In this document: piece by piece, positions 61,967-64,000 of the stretch
How positions within the stretch are numbered: the stretch's first letter is position 1
Layout: the number at the start of each line of letters is the position of its first letter
DNA from: Phoronis australis
Taxonomy: Eukaryota > Animalia > Phoronida
DNA length: 64,000 nt
Direction of reading: 5' to 3'
Assembly (NCBI GenBank): GCA_002633005.1
Contig: NMRA01000179.1
Location: 279,954-343,953 of the forward strand
Notes under the pieces: model-generated
What the model was told of the DNA's origin: nothing
What the model saw: only the letters and a program-made list of their open reading frames with translations
Databases searched by the model: none
Position numbers and translations under genes: made by a program

Positions 61967-62407
61967 CAAGGTACCTAAACTACACGGTTAACGGACTCAT
62001 AAACACGGTCACGGACGCATGAACACTACTCACGGACCTGCAAACACCGTCCACTGACTCACAAGCACGGGAACGGACTCACAAAACACAATCCATTCAC
62101 CCAAATACACGGGACACTGACTCATATTCACGAGGAAACACGGCTAACGGACCACCAAACACGGGTCATGGACTCATCGGCTTCCTGGGTCAGCTGACAT
62201 CAACATTTTGCCCGTAAACCGTTTTTGGCGGTCCGATAACCGTGTTTTTTCTTGAATGCGAGTCCGTGTCCCGTGTATTTGGATGAATGGAGTGAGTCCG
62301 TTCCCGTGCTTGTGAGTCAGTGGACGGTGTTTGCAGGTCCGTGAGTAGTGATCATGCGTCCGTGACCGTGTTTATGAGTCCGTTAACCGTGTAGTTTAGG
62401 TACCTTG
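61967..62407. mobile_element. Young palindromic MITE, CAAGGTACC...GGTACCTTG, 5-bp TSD GATGT
   Basis: About 115 bp of nearly perfect TIR with repeated cacgg/acggactca motifs; gatgt on both flanks. Confidence 0.92.
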
Positions 62408-62899
62408 GATGTCAAACAGGATCATTTCGTTTAAATCCTTTCTGTCACTAAATTTTGATTAATAAGATACACACATTTAGTTCAAATGCATACATGTACA
62501 GTGCCACTTGATAACCAGCAATAAAATATTTTCTTGGTTTCAGTCTAATACGTCTTTCAGTGAAAACACTATGTCTTGCCCGTCTTCACGTGTCATGACA
62601 ACAACCAGATGAACGCCGCGCCGGGACAAAGTCATGTTATTTACCCTGTAGTTTTAGTATTAGTTTCGCATTACTTTCGTACCAGTCTTACTCATGTGTG
62701 CCATAAGTTCTTTAAGGCTGCCGTCTTCGGTTTCGGTCATGGTCCTGAACCATTCATGTCTTGTTTCCCGTTCACGTTCGAGGGCACGTCTAATTCAGAC
62801 CCCGGACGCACCGCAATGTTGAGCAGCAGATTCCTGCCGTCGTTGGCTGTCGTCTTAGACCCGAAATCCTATTCTGCCCTATGGTGCGGTCCATTCTTA

Positions 62900-63200
62900 T
62901 TCGCAGTTTCCTTTTTATGACACTGGCTTCAGTTTCACAGTTCATTGCTTGTACATTCAAATTTTTACTGAAGTGTCTGCCACGCCTTTCAAGGGATTTG
63001 TCATACTCTCTAAACAGCACGTCGAGTTTTACTGATTTATTGCAAATTTCTGAACCATGTTACAACGTACCCTCGCCACTCGCAACATCAAGATCAGTAA
63101 CGTGGGCGCAGTCGGAGCAGAACCATAAAATCTTGCTGATGTCTCAAACGACATGGCACGAACGACATTCAAAATTCCGCCTTGAGTTGAAAGTAATAGC
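62900..63200 (-). pseudogene. Possible decayed LINE ORF1 (PHD-like LWFCSDC then coiled-coil-like stretch)
   Basis: CRSCH...ILWFCSDC...KLDVLFREYDKSLERR with stops; family call is inferred only. Confidence 0.3.
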
Positions 63201-64000
63201 TGACTTTCGAAATAGCTGCGCCATATTGAAACTCATTATCCCACCAGACGGCGATATCGTTCAGCGCCACCTAAGGACCCCAAGTAATGACGACAAGAGG
63301 TGAAGTATTCTGCCACATCACCGGTAATATCTTTAAATTTACACCGATTTCACGACTGTGAAACGTTTTCGGTTGATTTTCAGTTCTGTTTATATTTATG
63401 TATTGGCTAGCCAATGCATTATCTCAAATAGAGCTGAAGATCCATCAAAAACTTCAAGATAAAATAAAGATTCCAGTACAACGTTAGTGCTGAAGCCAAA
63501 ATGCTATAATTTCAGGTACTCCAAATCAGAAAAGAACGCGTTTGCGAGTACTCATACGTTCAGCGACGTAACAAAATCAGTAAACTGGGAACGATTTCAA
63601 CGAAATTTTTGTGAATCGGATATGAAAAGATCGACATATGCTGATCTAACCTCATGTTCTGTGCTCTGAGATCGTGCACTTTGCGCCCACTCTTTTCCTC
63701 ATCAGGCAAAGGAATTTCCTTGACTATGTTGACACTGAGTGGAGCTGACTAGGAACAGTGAGTCATTTCAAAAGAAGGTTCGGTGTCGGGGAGACAAATC
63801 CATGACTACACCATCTTCAACACTTTTCATACTGTGTAAGCTTTTGTGACGGAAGGTGGACTTTTCCGTTCAGTGTTGACAATTTGACTGAATAGCAAAC
63901 GAGTTTATACAGCGGTGACCAAAATCATGAGGAATGGTTGATACTACTTTGAAAAGTCCAAGGCAGCAATTAAATCACTTTGGGGTTTTGGGTCACCTTT

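Overview
This is AT-rich eukaryotic (metazoan, probably marine invertebrate) genomic DNA; the short six-frame ORFs are mostly noise. The backbone is one minus-strand, intron-rich ADAM/reprolysin (M12B) metalloprotease-disintegrin gene spanning about 61.3 kb to 15.7 kb. I could read a probable signal-peptide exon plus 14 consecutive GT-AG, phase-compatible exons (~600 aa). They encode a prodomain, an RLKR furin site, the [12 protein letters not shown] zinc motif with a CLM Met-turn, an ECD disintegrin and a cysteine-rich domain, with no EGF or transmembrane exon found. A second, orphan disintegrin exon lies at 11 kb. Introns and flanks carry transposon debris: a TIR/TSD-bounded Academ element with a nested CR1-group LINE, nested Kolobok-type TTAA elements with THAP remnants, Gmr1-like Gypsy and BEL/Pao remnants, an RLE-type non-LTR fragment, two LTRs with heat-shock elements, MITEs and a tRNA-derived SINE. 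Two tandem duplications joined by a single N look like uncollapsed haplotypes. No prokaryotic-type system (CRISPR, operon) is present. All exon boundaries were read by eye and not checked computationally.
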